A DNA stretch of 49,020 nucleotides, filler included, from Jimgerdemannia flammicorona (GCA_003990765.1; 2 parts of 2 records of this genome joined end to end with filler, not necessarily neighbours in it), one strand, 5' to 3'; shown: positions 24,589 through 38,230, counted from the first letter of the whole stretch. The notes: a model not told the origin generated them from the letters alone. Program-made: numbers and translations.

Positions 24589-27500
24589 CTGAGGTGAATC
24601 TTCTGATGTCTGCAGTCTTGACTGTCAGGATGTCTCACATGGTTGCAATATCCCATTGCTTGAAAATGATGTTCCCAGCTGTTTATCTCTTGTTGTCTTG
24701 GGAATTGATACCCATCTTGATTATAAGTTGGGAGAAGGGTAGATAAGGGGTATATTTCTGTTCAGGTGAAGAAGCCTTGTCCTCTAAATTGACTTTGTAA
24801 CCTTATAGTAACTTCTTCAAAGGTGGTTGACTGTATAAGTATAGTTGGGGGTTCTGGTCTCTGGGGTCTCTGTCTTTCTTATTGGTCTAATAGATGATAC
24901 TGATAGCAGTAGTCTTGGGGAGAGTAGGGGACCATTTGGTGTAGACATCTTCCTAGCCAAAAAGCCTTCTCTTGTTGAGTTTCTTTCTTGGGGATAATGG
25001 TAATTGTACTGGGTCCTTCTTCAATATTCCAAGGATCATTGTCTTCAGGTGGTGTCTATTGAGGGTCATCCCAAGAGATGAGTTCAGAGACTTCTTCCTC
25101 ATCAGGTACTTCTTGTTCAGAAACCTCTTGGTCAGAAGTTCCTTCTTCCTCAGATGATTCTTGACCCCAAATTGCTTATACCTCTGCAGCTTCAGCTACA
25201 GGTGTTTCTGGAATATGGGTGTATTTTTTCTTCTTCTTTCTGCACTCTGGGCAGACTGTATCAGGCGATTTCCTTGTTCCTATAATCTTGGAGGAGTGCT
25301 CAGGACACTTGTACCTCTTGAGGCAGATAGGGCATCCTTTGGCTTCTCCTGCAATAGCTCTGATGGTAATAGAGATGGTGTCCTTGGCCTATACATTGTC
25401 TTCTGGTCTGTCATCTACCAGGTTAATTTGGGGATTGAGTCTGAGATCATTTCCATCTTCAGATTCCTCTTCCTCCTCTGTAGTAGATTCCTCACCACTG
25501 GCATATTCTTCCTGAATAGTGACCTTCTTCTTCTTTTTTGATTGCTCATAGCTAGTCACCTTGACTCTGTACTTCCTGCCTTGGTAGTCAAACTTGAGTA
25601 CTTGTTGACTGATATTAACAACTGCATTCATTTCCTTCATCCAGTTGGAGCCAAGAATCATATCATAGGTGACAGCTTCTGTAACAATAGCTTTTAGGAT
25701 GGAGAACTGAATGTGTCCAAGGGAGATAGTGATATTTCATACTTCTCCAAGGGGTTGAGTTTGGGCTCCATCTGCTACTATGATGCTGAGGTTGGATGGT
25801 CTATCAATGGGCCATTGGAGGGTATTCAGCAATTATTTCACAATAACACAGATAGCTGCTCCTGTGTCTATGAGGATCTTTGTCTTTTGTCCTTCAATAT
25901 CTCCATATAGGTAGGTATTGACATATCTTTCAGCTGCTTAGACAGAGATGGAAGCTGGTTCTTGCTGTGGGATTGGGATCTGGCCAGTGCTAGACCTAGT
26001 TGTTCTCAATAATTTGTTTCAAACTCCAGCTGGTATCAGTTGCAGAAACTGCAGGAGAGAGACTTTTAGCTTGGCTTCTTGAATCTTCTACCAAGCTTCA
26101 TTATAGATGTTACTAGGCATGATCTTCAGGGTGTACATCTTTCTTGGCTTTGGAGCAGTAGGTTCCCATTCTTCTTGTTCCATTTCTTTCTCTTCTGGTG
26201 GCAACTCATTCGTCTTGGGGACAAAAGGTGAGGGCCTTCAGGGAGGTATTTCTACCTACTCCTCTTCATGTTCTTCATTCTCCACTTGGATAATTCTTCT
26301 GCTGATGTTTCTGGATGGCCTTCCCATAGGTCTCTTTCTCTTCTCTGCTGGATAGACTGTTTTTCGGGTAGTGACCTTGGTAGGGTACATGTCAAAGTCA
26401 CTGTAGTCTTCACTGTTGCTTGCTTCCTCGAAATCTTCAACTGAATGAGCTTTAGACTTTTTGTATAGAGTATCATTCCTTTGGTTTGGTGATTCTGGAT
26501 CTCTTCAGTCACTCCTCTTATTGTCACATTCAGTGGCATAGTGTCCAAATTATCCATGGTAGAAGCATTGGATGTGGGCTCTATCTTGGACAGGGTACCT
26601 TCTTTCTTCTTGCTAGTAATTTCTGTTATCTCTTGATGGATAACCTTGGCTCCTCTGTAGTGGATATCCTCTTTTGTCTTGGTAGCCCTGATTTTCACAT
26701 GTAGTGAGATTTTCAATCTGTACAACCAATCAGTCTAACTTGGAGCTGAGGTCTTGGATTTCACTTCTGTCTTTCTCTCCTTCCTTGGCTGGTCTTCTCT
26801 CTTCAGATCTTTCTTATTATGATCACTCTAAGTAGTTCCTTGTCTGACATTGAAGAATCCTTGGTCTGCATCTACTTGCTCTTCAGATCTTCTGATGTCT
26901 AGGGTTTGAACATGCTGGGCAATGTTTAGAGAAATTCCATTCATGAAGGTCATTAGACCTATAATGTCCTGGTTGGTGGCATTGAACCTGGCAGTATGCA
27001 TTCTCTTCTGGATTCTTGTGAAGAAAGCTCTGAGTAATTCTTCAAGATTCATCTTCATCCTCATAATGGACTCCTGGGCCTTATGGCAAGTTTCATTTCC
27101 TGTATACTTTTCAATGAGCCAGTGGACCATGGCCTCATATTCTAGCTCATATGACATTGCTACTTATATCTGTCTTGCCAGTTCAGAATCTGAGTTGTTT
27201 GCTATTTGGTGGAAAATTCCTCTGACTGGTTCTCTGAGCTGAGTCTTGTAGATGGTGATTTTTCTTTCATCTGAGAGATTTCTCAAGGCTGCAATTCCTT
27301 CAATTCCATCAAGGAATTCTCTGACGTCTTCCTCCAGATATCTTCCAAAGGTTGGTAATGAGGTGGCTATTTCATCATCACTTTCTTCTAATTCTGGTTC
27401 AGGTTCAGATTGTGATTCTGATTCACTTTCTGAACTGTCACTGGAAATGAGAGTGCTTGGGTATCTTGAGGATGGTGTTCTAGATCTTGGGCAAAGTGGA

Positions 27501-28345
27501 ATAAGCCTAGGTATTCTTATAGGAGCTACTTCTAATTCTATAAGGGGTTGTGGTATGGGTTCTATTGGTGAAATTGATAGGATTGGTACAGGATGTCTGG
27601 CTGTAAAGTCTCAGGTTTATGTGATAAGATCTTCTAGTTGTTGTGCAAGTTCTGTGAAATCTCTAGTGGGGCTGCCTATATTGTCTGGTTGATCTAGTTG
27701 GGGATTTTGAGCTGTACTGCCTTCTGGTTCTGATTGGGATCCTTCTGATGCTGGATAGTTGGCAAGTCTTGATATAATTACTTCTCTTCCTGTCCAGATG
27801 CTGGTGATAACTGGTTCTCCTATAGTGGCAGTAGTTAGTGTTATATCAAATGTATCCAGTTTGACTGTTGGTTCTTGTGAGCTGAAAAGTCATGTCAATT
27901 TTGAAATCTTCCCAGTTGAGCCCCCAAATGTAACATACTAGCTCAATGGAGGCCAATTACAAGGTTGGGGGTTGGTGTTATTAGGCTTGAACCCCCAGTT
28001 ACTTTGTTAAAAAGCAACAAAATATTCCATGATTTCTGGGGTCCTTGGTGTTTAGTGGTATAATTGTCAAGATGGATATCTGTGAGCAGTTTGTATATCG
28101 ATTTCCTAATTGGGACAGTTCTTTGGGTGTAGCAGTGATTCATGTGTGAATAGGTTTTCTTCTTGAGTCAACTGGGAATGCCACAATTTTGTGTAGCATG
28201 ATGATCTTGGTGCATGACAGTCTGGCAATTTGGTGGTTCTTCTTATGTGATTTCTGCATGATGATCTTGTATAGTACAACTGAGTTCCTTATGTGGGATG
28301 ATCTGATAATTATAGTGGTTTTCCTTATGCAGTTTCTGTGTGATT
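24589..28345 (-). mobile_element. Ty3/gypsy LTR retrotransposon copy A: partial 5' LTR, PBS, gag, protease, Cys/His-rich spacer (cut at contig edge)
   Basis: LTR end TGTTACA at 27929; PBS 27910-27926; zinc-knuckle relic CFYHG*FGHYATEC (~26530-26575); protease LIDTGAAICV (~25860) and YDMILGSNW; colinear with 30480-34250 at an offset of ~5.9 kb. Confidence 0.9.
27910..27926 (-). promoter_or_regulatory. tRNA-Pro primer-binding site of Ty3 copy A
   Basis: TGGGGGCTCAACTGGGA two nt after the LTR end; matches the Pro PBS pattern TGGGGGCTCG.CCGGGA after CpG decay. Confidence 0.8.
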
Positions 28346-29743
28346 CTTGAGTTCTTTGAAGGCTTTCCTATGTGATTCTGTCTATTTGTAAGGTACTCCT
28401 TTCTTGAGAAGAACTTGGATTAGGGCAGCAATTTGGGCAAAGTCCTTAATAAACCTTCTGTAGTATGATACTAGTATCAGGAATGATAGTGTTTCCTTCA
28501 GAGTCTTGGGTATCAGCCAATTGTTGATCTTCTCAGTTTTCTTTGGGTCTGTGTAGGTTCTTTCTTTGGAATCTATAAATTTAAGGAATTCAGGTTTCTG
28601 TTCCCCAAAGTAGTATTTTTTTGCATTCAGTCTCAAGTGGTTCTTGTGGGTGAGCTTGAAGAATTCCTCTAGGTGGTGCAGGTGTTCTTCGAAATTTGCT
28701 GAATAGATGTTGGAATCATCCATATATACAATTAGAAAGTGGTGGATCAAGGGGGCCTAGACTGAATTCATCATCCTCTGGAAGGTGGGGGGTGTATTGC
28801 AAAATCTAAAAGGCATTTGGAGGTATTCAAACAATTTTCCTAGAGTAAGGAAGGCTGTCTTCTGAATGGCTTTGAGGTCTATAGGGATCTTATGGAATCC
28901 TGTGAAAGATCCATACTGCTGAAGTATCTGGTATCTTATAGCTAATCCAAAAGGTCATCAATTCTAGGCAAAGGATAGACATCCTTTTCAGTGACTGAAT
29001 TGAGTTTTCTGTAATATACACAGAGTCTCCATCCTCCTTTCTTTGGTACAATAAGTATAGGACTGGCCCAAGGGCAGATAGAGGATTGGATGACTCTATT
29101 GTCTAAGAGTTCCTGAATGTGCTCCTTTTCGAATATTTTTAGGTGATGGGGTATTCTATAGGGTTTCTGCTGGATGGGTGTTGCATTTCCTGAATTTATA
29201 CTGTGGTGATATGATGGATTGTATGGCAGGTTGCCATAATCAGTAGTGAAGATATCTTGATATTAGTTGAGAAGTCCTACAATTTGTTGCTATTGTTGAG
29301 GTGTCAAATCTTCTCCAATATTGGTAGAAGGCTTCACTGTCTTCTGGGTCACTGAGGGGCCTTTCATTTCTTCTGGGACCTTTTGCCATTTCCCAATAGG
29401 TTTAGTACATAAACTTCTCTATGATTTCGGTTGAGAAAGGATACCAGGTATCCTATGATGGTTCCTTTTGGCAAGATGATGGTTTCCCTACTTTGGTTGG
29501 TTGCTCAGAAGTGCACTGGGTTCATCTTGTCAGAGAATGTGTGTCCCTCTATGTCCAGGTGTGGGATATCTTCCTTGGGTTCAAAGAAAAGATTTCTGGA
29601 GTCAGGTGGTGTAAAGATTTCGAAGGTGGTTTGTTCTCCAGGCTCCAGGATGAGGTTCTTGTGCAGTTTGACTGGTGGGCAGTACACTTGCTGGAGAGCA
29701 TTTCTCTTAAGGTGGTTGCTTGAAGGAGATGTACTTCCTTTGT

Positions 29744-30150
29744 GTCTGAACTTCCAAATCCTTTGGCTTGTCTTGTTCCTTCAGTCAGTTTAGAGACTTC
29801 TTGTAATTGTGGTGTCTTGACCTTCATGAAGACTGCTTGGGTAATCTTCTGTCCCCTAATAATTCAGTATCATTCTGTGCTACTGTTATATAAGATGACC
29901 TTGATTTCATCTGTATATCCTGGGTCAATGGTTCCTCCTTCTACAGTTATTCCTTGTCTGGCAAGTTCCGGCCTTGAGGTCAATTGGATGTAAGCTCCTT
30001 GGGATGGTTGTATAGCTAGTCCAGTTCAGATTATGAATGTTTTTCCAGACTTGATGGATTCATCCTCCAGACTGTGAAGATCATACCCTACATCTTCTGG
30101 GTGGGCTTTGGTCAGGAGTTTGGCCTTGGGATGTAGCAGGGCATACTGGG
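29744..30150 (-). pseudogene. dUTPase domain within the Ty3/gypsy pol, upstream of RT
   Basis: AKLLTKAHPEDVGYDLHS...TGLAIQ...TSRPELARQGITVEGGTIDPGYTDEIKVILYN...GQKITQAVF...TRQAKGFGSSD: all five trimeric dUTPase motifs in order, with TGA stops at likely CGA codons. Confidence 0.92.
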
Positions 30151-33100
30151 CAATATTCTTGCTGAGTTCAGGCTGTCCTTGGGCAGAGGCTCTACTAGCA
30201 GAGAGTCTCCAGGCTCTGAGGTTGAGGTTTGGCCATCTGGCTCTAGTAGAGGGGTCTTAGAGATAGTTGATTCCTCTTCTTCCTGTTGGGTCTAGGGCTT
30301 CCATGAAGTTGGTGGCATCTTCTAGCTATCCTTGGCAGGTTGCATGTCTGATAAGGGCTAGGATGTTTTCTCCTAAATTATAGATCTTAAGAGTCCTTCT
30401 TCCTGGCTTCTTGGTCTGGTTTTTCAGATCTGGCCTCTGTTGTCTCCTCTCTTCAAAGTATGGATAGCAACATCATGACTGATGATGTCTACAGTCTAGG
30501 CAGTCTGGGTGTCTGCCATAGTTGTAATATCCCATTGTTCTGAAATAGTGTTCCCAGTTATTGATTTCTTATTGTCTTAGAAGTCAGTACCCATCTTGGT
30601 CATAAGTTGGGAGAAGAGTAGACAAGGGGTATATTTCTGTTCAGGTGAAGAAGCCTTGTCCTCTAAATTGACTTTATAGTCTGGTGGTAACTTCTTGAAA
30701 GGTAGTTGACTGTACAAGTGTAGTTGGGGGTTCTGGTCTTTGGGGTCTCTATCTTTCTTGCTGGTCTAGTAGGTGGCACTAATAGCAGTAGTCTCAGAGA
30801 GAGTGGAAGACCATTTGGTGTAGACATCTTCCTAGCTGAAAATTCTTTTCTTGGTGAGTTTCTTTCTTAGAGATAATGGTGATTCCACTGGGTCCTTCTT
30901 CTATATTCCAAGGGTCATTGTCTTTAGGTAGTGTCCAACAAGGGTTATCCCAGGGAATGAATTCGGTGACCTCTTCTTCGTCTGGTGCTTCTTGTTTGGG
31001 AACCTCTTGGTTAGGAACTTCTTTTTCCTCAGATGATTCTTGACCCCAAATTGCTTGTACCTCTGCAGCTTTGGTTGCAGGTGTTTGTGGGATATGTCTG
31101 CATTTCTTCTTCTTCCTTCTACACTCAGGGTAGGCTGTGCCAGGCGAATTCCTTGTCCTAATAATCTTGGAGGAGTGCTCAGGTCACTTGTGTCTCTTGA
31201 GACAGATAGGGCATCCTTTGATTTCCCCTACAATGGCTCCAATGGTGATAGGGATGGTGTTCTTGGCCCATATATTGTCTTCTGGTCTGTCATCCACCAG
31301 ATTAATTCAGAGATTGAGTCTGGGATCATTTCCATCTTCAGATTCTTCCTCTTCTTCAGTGGTAGATTCTTTACTGCTGGTATATTTCTCCTGAATAGTG
31401 ACCTTCTTCTTCTTCTTTAATTACTCATAGCTAGTTATCTTAACTCTATACTTCTTGCCTCAGTAGTCAAACTTGAGTATCTGTTGACCAATTTCAACAA
31501 CTGCATTAATTTCCTTCATCTAGTTGATACCAAGGATTATGTCATAGGTGACAGCTTCAGTGACAACAGCTTTGGAGATGGAGATCTGAATGTGTCCCAG
31601 AGAAATAGTGATGTTTTGTACTTCTCCAAAGGGTTGAGTTTGGGCTCCATCTGTTACTATAATGCTGAGGTTGGATGGTCCATCAATGGGCCATTGGAGG
31701 GTGTCCAGGTACCATTTAGCTACTTCTGTGTCTATGAGGATTTTCGCCTTTTGTTCTCCAATATCTCCATATAAGTAGGTACTGACATATCTTTTAGCTA
31801 CTTAGACAGAGATGGAAACTAGTTCTTGCTGTGGGATTGGAACTTGGCCAGTACTATATCTGGTGGTTCTCAATAGTTTGTTTCAGACTCTAGCTGGTAT
31901 CTGTTGCAAGAATTGAAGGAGGGGGTCTTTCATCTTGGCCTCTTGAATCTTCTGCCAGGCTTCATTGTAGATATCTCTGGGCATGGACTTTGGGGCATAC
32001 TTCTTCTTGGGCTTTGGGGCAGTAGGTTCTCATACTTCTTGTTCCATTTCTTCATCTTCTGTTGCAAACTCATTTGTCTCAGGGACAAAAGGTGAGGGGG
32101 TTTGGGGAGATATTTCTACCTGCTTTTCTTCATGTTCTTTGTCTTCTTCTTGGATGATTCTTCTGCTGATATTCCTGGATGGCCTTCCTATAGAACTCTT
32201 CCTTTTCTCTGCTGGATAGACTGTTTTTCAAGTAGTAATCTTAGTAGGGTATAAGTCCAGGTCACTGTAGTCTTCACTGTTGCTTACTTCCTTGAAATCT
32301 TCAACAGGATGAGCTTCAGTCTTTTTGTACTGAGTGTCATTCCTTCAGTTTGATGATTCTGAGTCCCTTTGGTCACTTCTTTTGTTGTCGCATTCAGTGG
32401 TATAGTGTCTAAATTGTCCACAGTGGAAGCATTGGACTTGAGCTCTGTCTCAGACAGGGTATCTTCTTTCTTCTTGCTGGTAACTCCTGCTATCTCTGAG
32501 TAGATAACTTTGGCTCCTCTGTGGTGGGTATCCTCTGTTGTCTTGGTAACTATGATTTTTGCATATAGTGAGTTTTTCAATTTGTCCAACCAATTAGTCC
32601 AACTTGGAGCTGAGGTCTTGAATTTTACTTCTGTCCTTCTTTTCTTCTTTGGCTGGCTTTCTTTCTTCAGATCTCTCTTATCCTTGAAGGAGTCCTTGTA
32701 GGGTTTTGATCAGGATATCTTCTTTATCTTATTTCTTGTCATGATCACTCTAGATAGTTCCTTGTCTGACATCAAAGAGTCCTTGGGCTGCATCTACTTG
32801 TTCTTCAGACCTTCTGATGCCTAGAGTGTGGACATACTGGTCAATGTTCAGGGGAATTCCATTCATGAAGGTCATTGGACCTATGATGTCCTGATTGGTA
32901 GTATTGAACCTAGCAGCATGCATTCTCTTCTAGATTCTAGTAAAGAAGACTCTGGGTGATTCTCCAAGATTCATCTTTATCCCCATAATGGATTCTAAAG
33001 TCTTGTGGTGTGTTTTGTTTCCTGCATACTTTTTGATGAGCCAGTGGAACATGGCCACATATTCTAGCTCATAAGATATTGCTGCTTAGATTTGTCTTGC

Positions 33101-33832
33101 CAGTTCTGAATTTGGGTTATTTGCTGTTTGGTGGAAAATTCCTCTGGCTGGTTCTCTGAGATGAGTCTTATAGATGGTGACTTTTCTTTCATCTGAGAGA
33201 TTTCTCAGAGCTGCAATTCCTTCAATTTCATCAAGAAATTCTCTGGAGTATTCCTCTGGATATCTTGCAAAAGTTGGCAATGAGGTGGCCATTTCATTAT
33301 TACTTTCTTCTGATTCTGGTTCTGGTCCAGATTCTGATCCTAATTCACTTTCTAAGCTGTAACTAGAAATGGGGGTGCTTGGGTACTCTGATGATGCTGT
33401 TCTAGATCTTGGATAAAGTGGAATGAGTCTAGGTATTCTTGTAGGAGCTACTTCCAATTCTGTGAAGACTGGTAGTAAGGGTTTAATAGGTGAGATTAGT
33501 GGGACCTATATGGGATATCTGGCTGTAAGATCTCATACTTGTGTAATGAGGTCTTCTAGTCCTAGTACAAGTTCTTCAAGTTGTCTAGCAGGGCTATCTG
33601 TGTTGTCTGGTTGATCTGATTGGGGATTTCAGGGTATACTAGCTTCTGGTTCTAGTTGGAATCTTTCTGATACTGGGTAGTTGGCAAGTCTTGAGATGAT
33701 CACTTCTCTTCCTGTCCAGATGCTGGTAATAACTGGTTCTCCTATAGCAGCAGAAATTGGTGTTGTATCAAATATATCCAGTTTGACTGTAGGTTCTTGT
33801 GAGCTAAAACGTTATGTTGATTTTGAAAATCT

Positions 33833-33849
33833 TCCCAGTTGAGCCCCCA
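33833..33849 (-). promoter_or_regulatory. tRNA-Pro primer-binding site of Ty3 copy B
   Basis: Identical to the copy A PBS; next to the LTR end at 33852. Confidence 0.8.
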
Positions 33850-36499
33850 AATACAACATGCCTGAATCAATGGAGGAAAATTACAAGGTTGGGTGTTGAT
33901 GTAGTTTTGCTTAAGCCCTCATCTACTTTGTCAAAAAGTAATAAAATGTTCCAAGATTTCTGAGGTCCTTGGTGGTATTTAGTGGTACAATAGTCAAAGC
34001 TGGATATCTGCAAGTAATTTCCTTATTTGGATGGTTCTCTGGGTATAGTGGTGATTTGTATGTCTTTTCCTTCTTGGATCAATCTGGGAATTGGTAGAAT
34101 TTCATTTATAGCACAACCATCTCTGTATGGCATGGCAGGTTTCTTATGCAATTTCTGGGTTATGATCTTGTGTAGCATGACAATCTCCAAAAGTATGTGA
34201 TTTCTGATATAATGATCTTGTGTCCAAAAGTATGTAATTTCTGGCAGATAGCTTGATTTGGTGTGACTTCCCTGAAATGGTGGCTTGCTGGGAATTATAC
34301 TGGCAGCAGATTCCTTGCTGAAAATAAATGAATAACTTGGATGTCATGGATTCTTCCTGAATTGGTGGGCTTCTGGGAATAATAACCTGGGTGGAACAAA
34401 TTCACTGGGAATGTGAATAACTCGAAAATAGTGGATGATGTAAATTCTCCTAAATTGGCAGGCTTCTGGGAAATAACTCAGATAGTATGGATACTTCCTG
34501 AATTTGTAGCTTCAACTGGGAAACATGCTGGTGGCTTCTTGGAAAGAGTCTCTTGGCAAAGTTGTATTAAAGACTGGCTTCATTTGTATGAATGGGTCAC
34601 TGCAAAGTTATATCAGAAACTGGCTTGAGCAAGGCAGCTTTCTCTTAGGTGACAGAAACTTGGATTCTACAGGCTTATCTGACAAGCATACCAATAACAA
34701 TAATTCCAAAGGTGACAAAGTTCTTCACTTGAACTTGGCAGCAAAATCTTCAAGCTTTGTATCAGAAAGTAGACCAGAGGGGGAATAAGGAGACCAATGC
34801 TCAATCTTTAGAGGCTTCTTTGGTATGCACTTCAATTCAGACTGAGGTTTATTCACTCTTGTCTCTCAGATAATTTATACAAGTTGGTTGCTATCTAGTT
34901 ACTATGTTTCTAACTATAGATTTACTACTTATGGCAGATGTACAGAGTCTGTATGGATAAACAGACCCTATCTGATATGTCTGGCTAATTATAAGTGTAG
35001 TAAGCATGAGTAACTATGATATACTGGAAGTCATTCTAGGGCCCATATCATCTGGTTAAATATGCTAATTATTTATGTCATCTGGCTAAGTTATAATTTG
35101 GGTGATACATTTTGGTTTATTATATTATCTCAGAGATATTGTGTAAAACTACAAGTAAAACATAGTAATAAAAGAGTGTCCCAGCTCTCACAGAGTTCCC
35201 TTAGCTATTTTGAAAGCTTGGCAGTTTCTCTTCTTTCTTTTGACCCCTGAAACATTTTTTTTTTTCTGACTATAAACTATGAACAACTTCAACAGCTACA
35301 GCAACAGGCAGTCTTGACCAAATGGGCAGAGTTTATTTGATAGGTTACTGAAGCAGTTATCATCCACCTCTATCTTACTTTGCTGGATCTAGCTGTCATA
35401 ATTAAATGTGAATAATAGCAGGTCTTCAATTCTCTCTTCCTCTGATAGACTAGATATACCAGGAGCCTGGCTCCTAGACCTAACAAACAACTCAAGGATA
35501 TGGATGATGATGTCCCCACCAATAGTGATAGCAGTGATGAAGAATTCCTTACTACTGTGAGAACAAGAGCTATTGGCCATTTTACTATTCTGCCCACCTT
35601 TACTGATATTATTCCTACTAAATGTATCCATGTACACCTCACTCCCACCAGCCTCAGAAAGCTCATCTGCTGTAACCTGGAGCCCAAGGGTAGTGTCTTT
35701 CAAACTCTCTCTATCAATGAGGCATTCTTTTATAATTTCCCCAAAGCCACTTGGGATGCTGAGCATATCCTTGCTGACTCTTAATGTATAATCTACAATA
35801 TGCTCTACCCTGTTATCATCCTCCTTTATATCCTTAAGCTATAGAGTAATGGGGCCAATATTCACCAAGGCTTGATCTATGAAGCTATTATTGTCTCCAT
35901 AGTGGAAAAACTCCAAGATTCCCTCTGGATCAGATTCCACAAAGGTGAAAGCATCTTCATCTGCTGATATTGACCTTGCTAAGGCTGCTGGATAGTCTCT
36001 CACCCTCATCTTAACATGCTATACAGTCACCTCCAGTTCTGAGTATAATGGTGACCTCTTTGATACCAATTTTGTCCACCATTTTCATGACAATACCAAA
36101 TACCAGAAGCACCAACTTATATTCCAAACCTCCTCTAGCAAGCCCTCTACCCCCCAGAACAACTTCTCCTCTGCCTATGGCAAATTTATCTCCAGGAGCC
36201 AGGGCTGGAGAAACAGATCTCAGGGTGATCAATGCCCCAACTTCTGCCACTCTCAACAATTCTCTCCAAACTGCACTCCAAGTCAATAGAGTGGCTTCCA
36301 GAGTCAGACCCCAGGGCCAGACATGTTGACAACTGCCAACAATCTCTGAAGAATCTCTCTCTAAATCACTCACTGGTTCTGAAGGTATCCAATATCTCCA
36401 AAGTGTGTGCCCAACTGGCTCAAGTCTCCAAATCAGTTTGGCAGGCACTGGGTGTCAACTGCTGGACAAATAATATGACCTATGGTAAGATATATATTG

Positions 36500-38230
36500 A
36501 CTAGACACACCTCCTGACTTTGTTATACATCTAGCCCTACTTCTTATATAAATGAGATATTAGTGCCAAGGAGAATACCCTGGTAGACACTGCCATCCAG
36601 GACTTCTATGACAAAGAGGCCATCTATGAGGCCTATTCCAGAGAAGAGCTCTTCTTTTCCAGCATCTTCACTATCCCCCTAATCAACAAGAATCAGGCTT
36701 ACCTTAATATACATTTGCTGAATGAGTTCATATAGTGATTGTACTTCAAGATAGAGGGTATTCAAATGCTCTGCCATATGATATACTCAGGAGACTTTCT
36801 TATCAAGATAGATATCATGGATATCTACCTCTACATCCCTCTCTACCCCACCAACCAACAATTTCTGACCTTTCAATGGTGACAAATCAACTTGAAATTC
36901 CAGGCCATACTATTTGGCCTATCCTCAGCCCCTCAGATTTGGACAAAGATAATGACTGCTATTCTGGAACTACTACAGTAATGTAGCATTTGCCTCACCT
37001 ACTATATTGATGATATTTGCCTCCTAGGCTCTAGTCATGATGAAGCTGTTTACTATAACCTATTAGTTTATGACTATCTGGAAACTCTGGAGTTTCTCCT
37101 CCATCTAACAAAATTCACATGGAACCCCAAGCAAGTTCAGATATTCCTTGGGTTCCAGATAGACACTAATACTATAGAGCTATACCTATCTATAGATAAG
37201 GTATATAAGATCTATAAAGAGACAGCCTCTCTCCTTCATCTGGCCTCTGAATTCAGCATCCCAATCTGCAAGGTAACCTCTCTGATTGGCCTATGAAACT
37301 CCACAAACCAGGTGAATTTTCCTGCTTACTTCAATATCTGAGTACTCATCTGGAATATACAGGCTACTCTCTGCCATTCTAATTAGAATAGATAGATGAT
37401 ACTCTCTCCAGTATCATTGACCAACCTCTGCTGGTAGTCCTATAAACTGCTGGAATAGAATAGCCATTCTCTCCTCACTGAGGTTCCTGAGATCATGGTA
37501 GATATAGATGCCAGCAATATGGGATGGGGTTTGAGATCTCCTCCTCTATCACTAATATCAGTTATACAGTATAGAATGTAGCTAAATCTGGACATCCTTG
37601 GAATACTACCTGTCCATCAACTTCTATAAGCTAAAGACAGTCCTCTTTCCCCTACAAATCAACTTACACTACTGACAAAACAACACAGTACTGGTCCAAA
37701 TAGACAATATGACCATATGGGTATTTATCAATAAATAAGAGAGCTCTCTCCACTACCTCCACACTGTTATGGCATGCATTCACCTGATCTGCATGATGCA
37801 CCATATTTACCTCTTCATAGAATACCTCCTAGGTTCAGAGAATGTCCAAGCAGACTTTCTGAGCTATCTGAATCCTGACCCTGATGACTGGAAGCTGCAC
37901 CCAGTGGTCTTCTGGCATCTATACCACCTGTGGGGCCTGATCTAGCTTGACCTGTTTACCTCCCAAATAACTGCACAGATCTCTCTCTTTTATAGCTAGT
38001 GGGCCAACTCTGAGGCTTTGAGGACAGATGCTTTTCGACACTATTGGCATCCAACCAGGGCAAATGCAAACACTCCTTGGATCCTAATCAATTGTGCCCT
38101 ATGTAAGGTAAAGGAGGACTAATACTCCCACCTCATCCTCATTATTCCCTTCTGGCTATAACAGAGCTGGTGGTCTGAACTTCTGAGAGAGATGATATCT
38201 CCCCCAATTCTCCTTCTACATTAGACTCCG
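36500..38230 (+). pseudogene. DIRS pol: reverse transcriptase, RNase H and DNA N6-adenine methyltransferase-like domain
   Basis: RT: FKIEGI, KIDIMDIYLYIP, LFGLSSAPQIWTKIM, YIDD (37003-37014), FLGFQID. RNase H: DASNMGWG, QIDNMT, ENVQADFLS. MTase: DWKLHP...LDLFTS...DAF...NTPWILI...IPFW..QSWW. Confidence 0.9.

Larger units (their letters stand above)
28346..35060 (-). mobile_element. Ty3/gypsy copy B: 5' LTR (from 33852, far end uncertain), PBS, gag, protease, spacer, dUTPase, RT; RNase H and integrase missing
   Basis: CFHCGQFRHYTTEC knuckle; LIDTEVA protease relic; RT motifs [56 protein letters not shown] 33833-33849. Confidence 0.9.

Noticed and set aside
24972..33614. Many plus-strand ORFs of 60-146 aa
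   Set aside because: Antisense shadows of the minus-strand Ty3 gag-pol.
35186..35192. TGTGAGA (minus strand) as the start of the Ty3 copy B LTR
   Set aside because: It lies within the DIRS left ITR that pairs with 41003-41077; the true LTR start is not visible.
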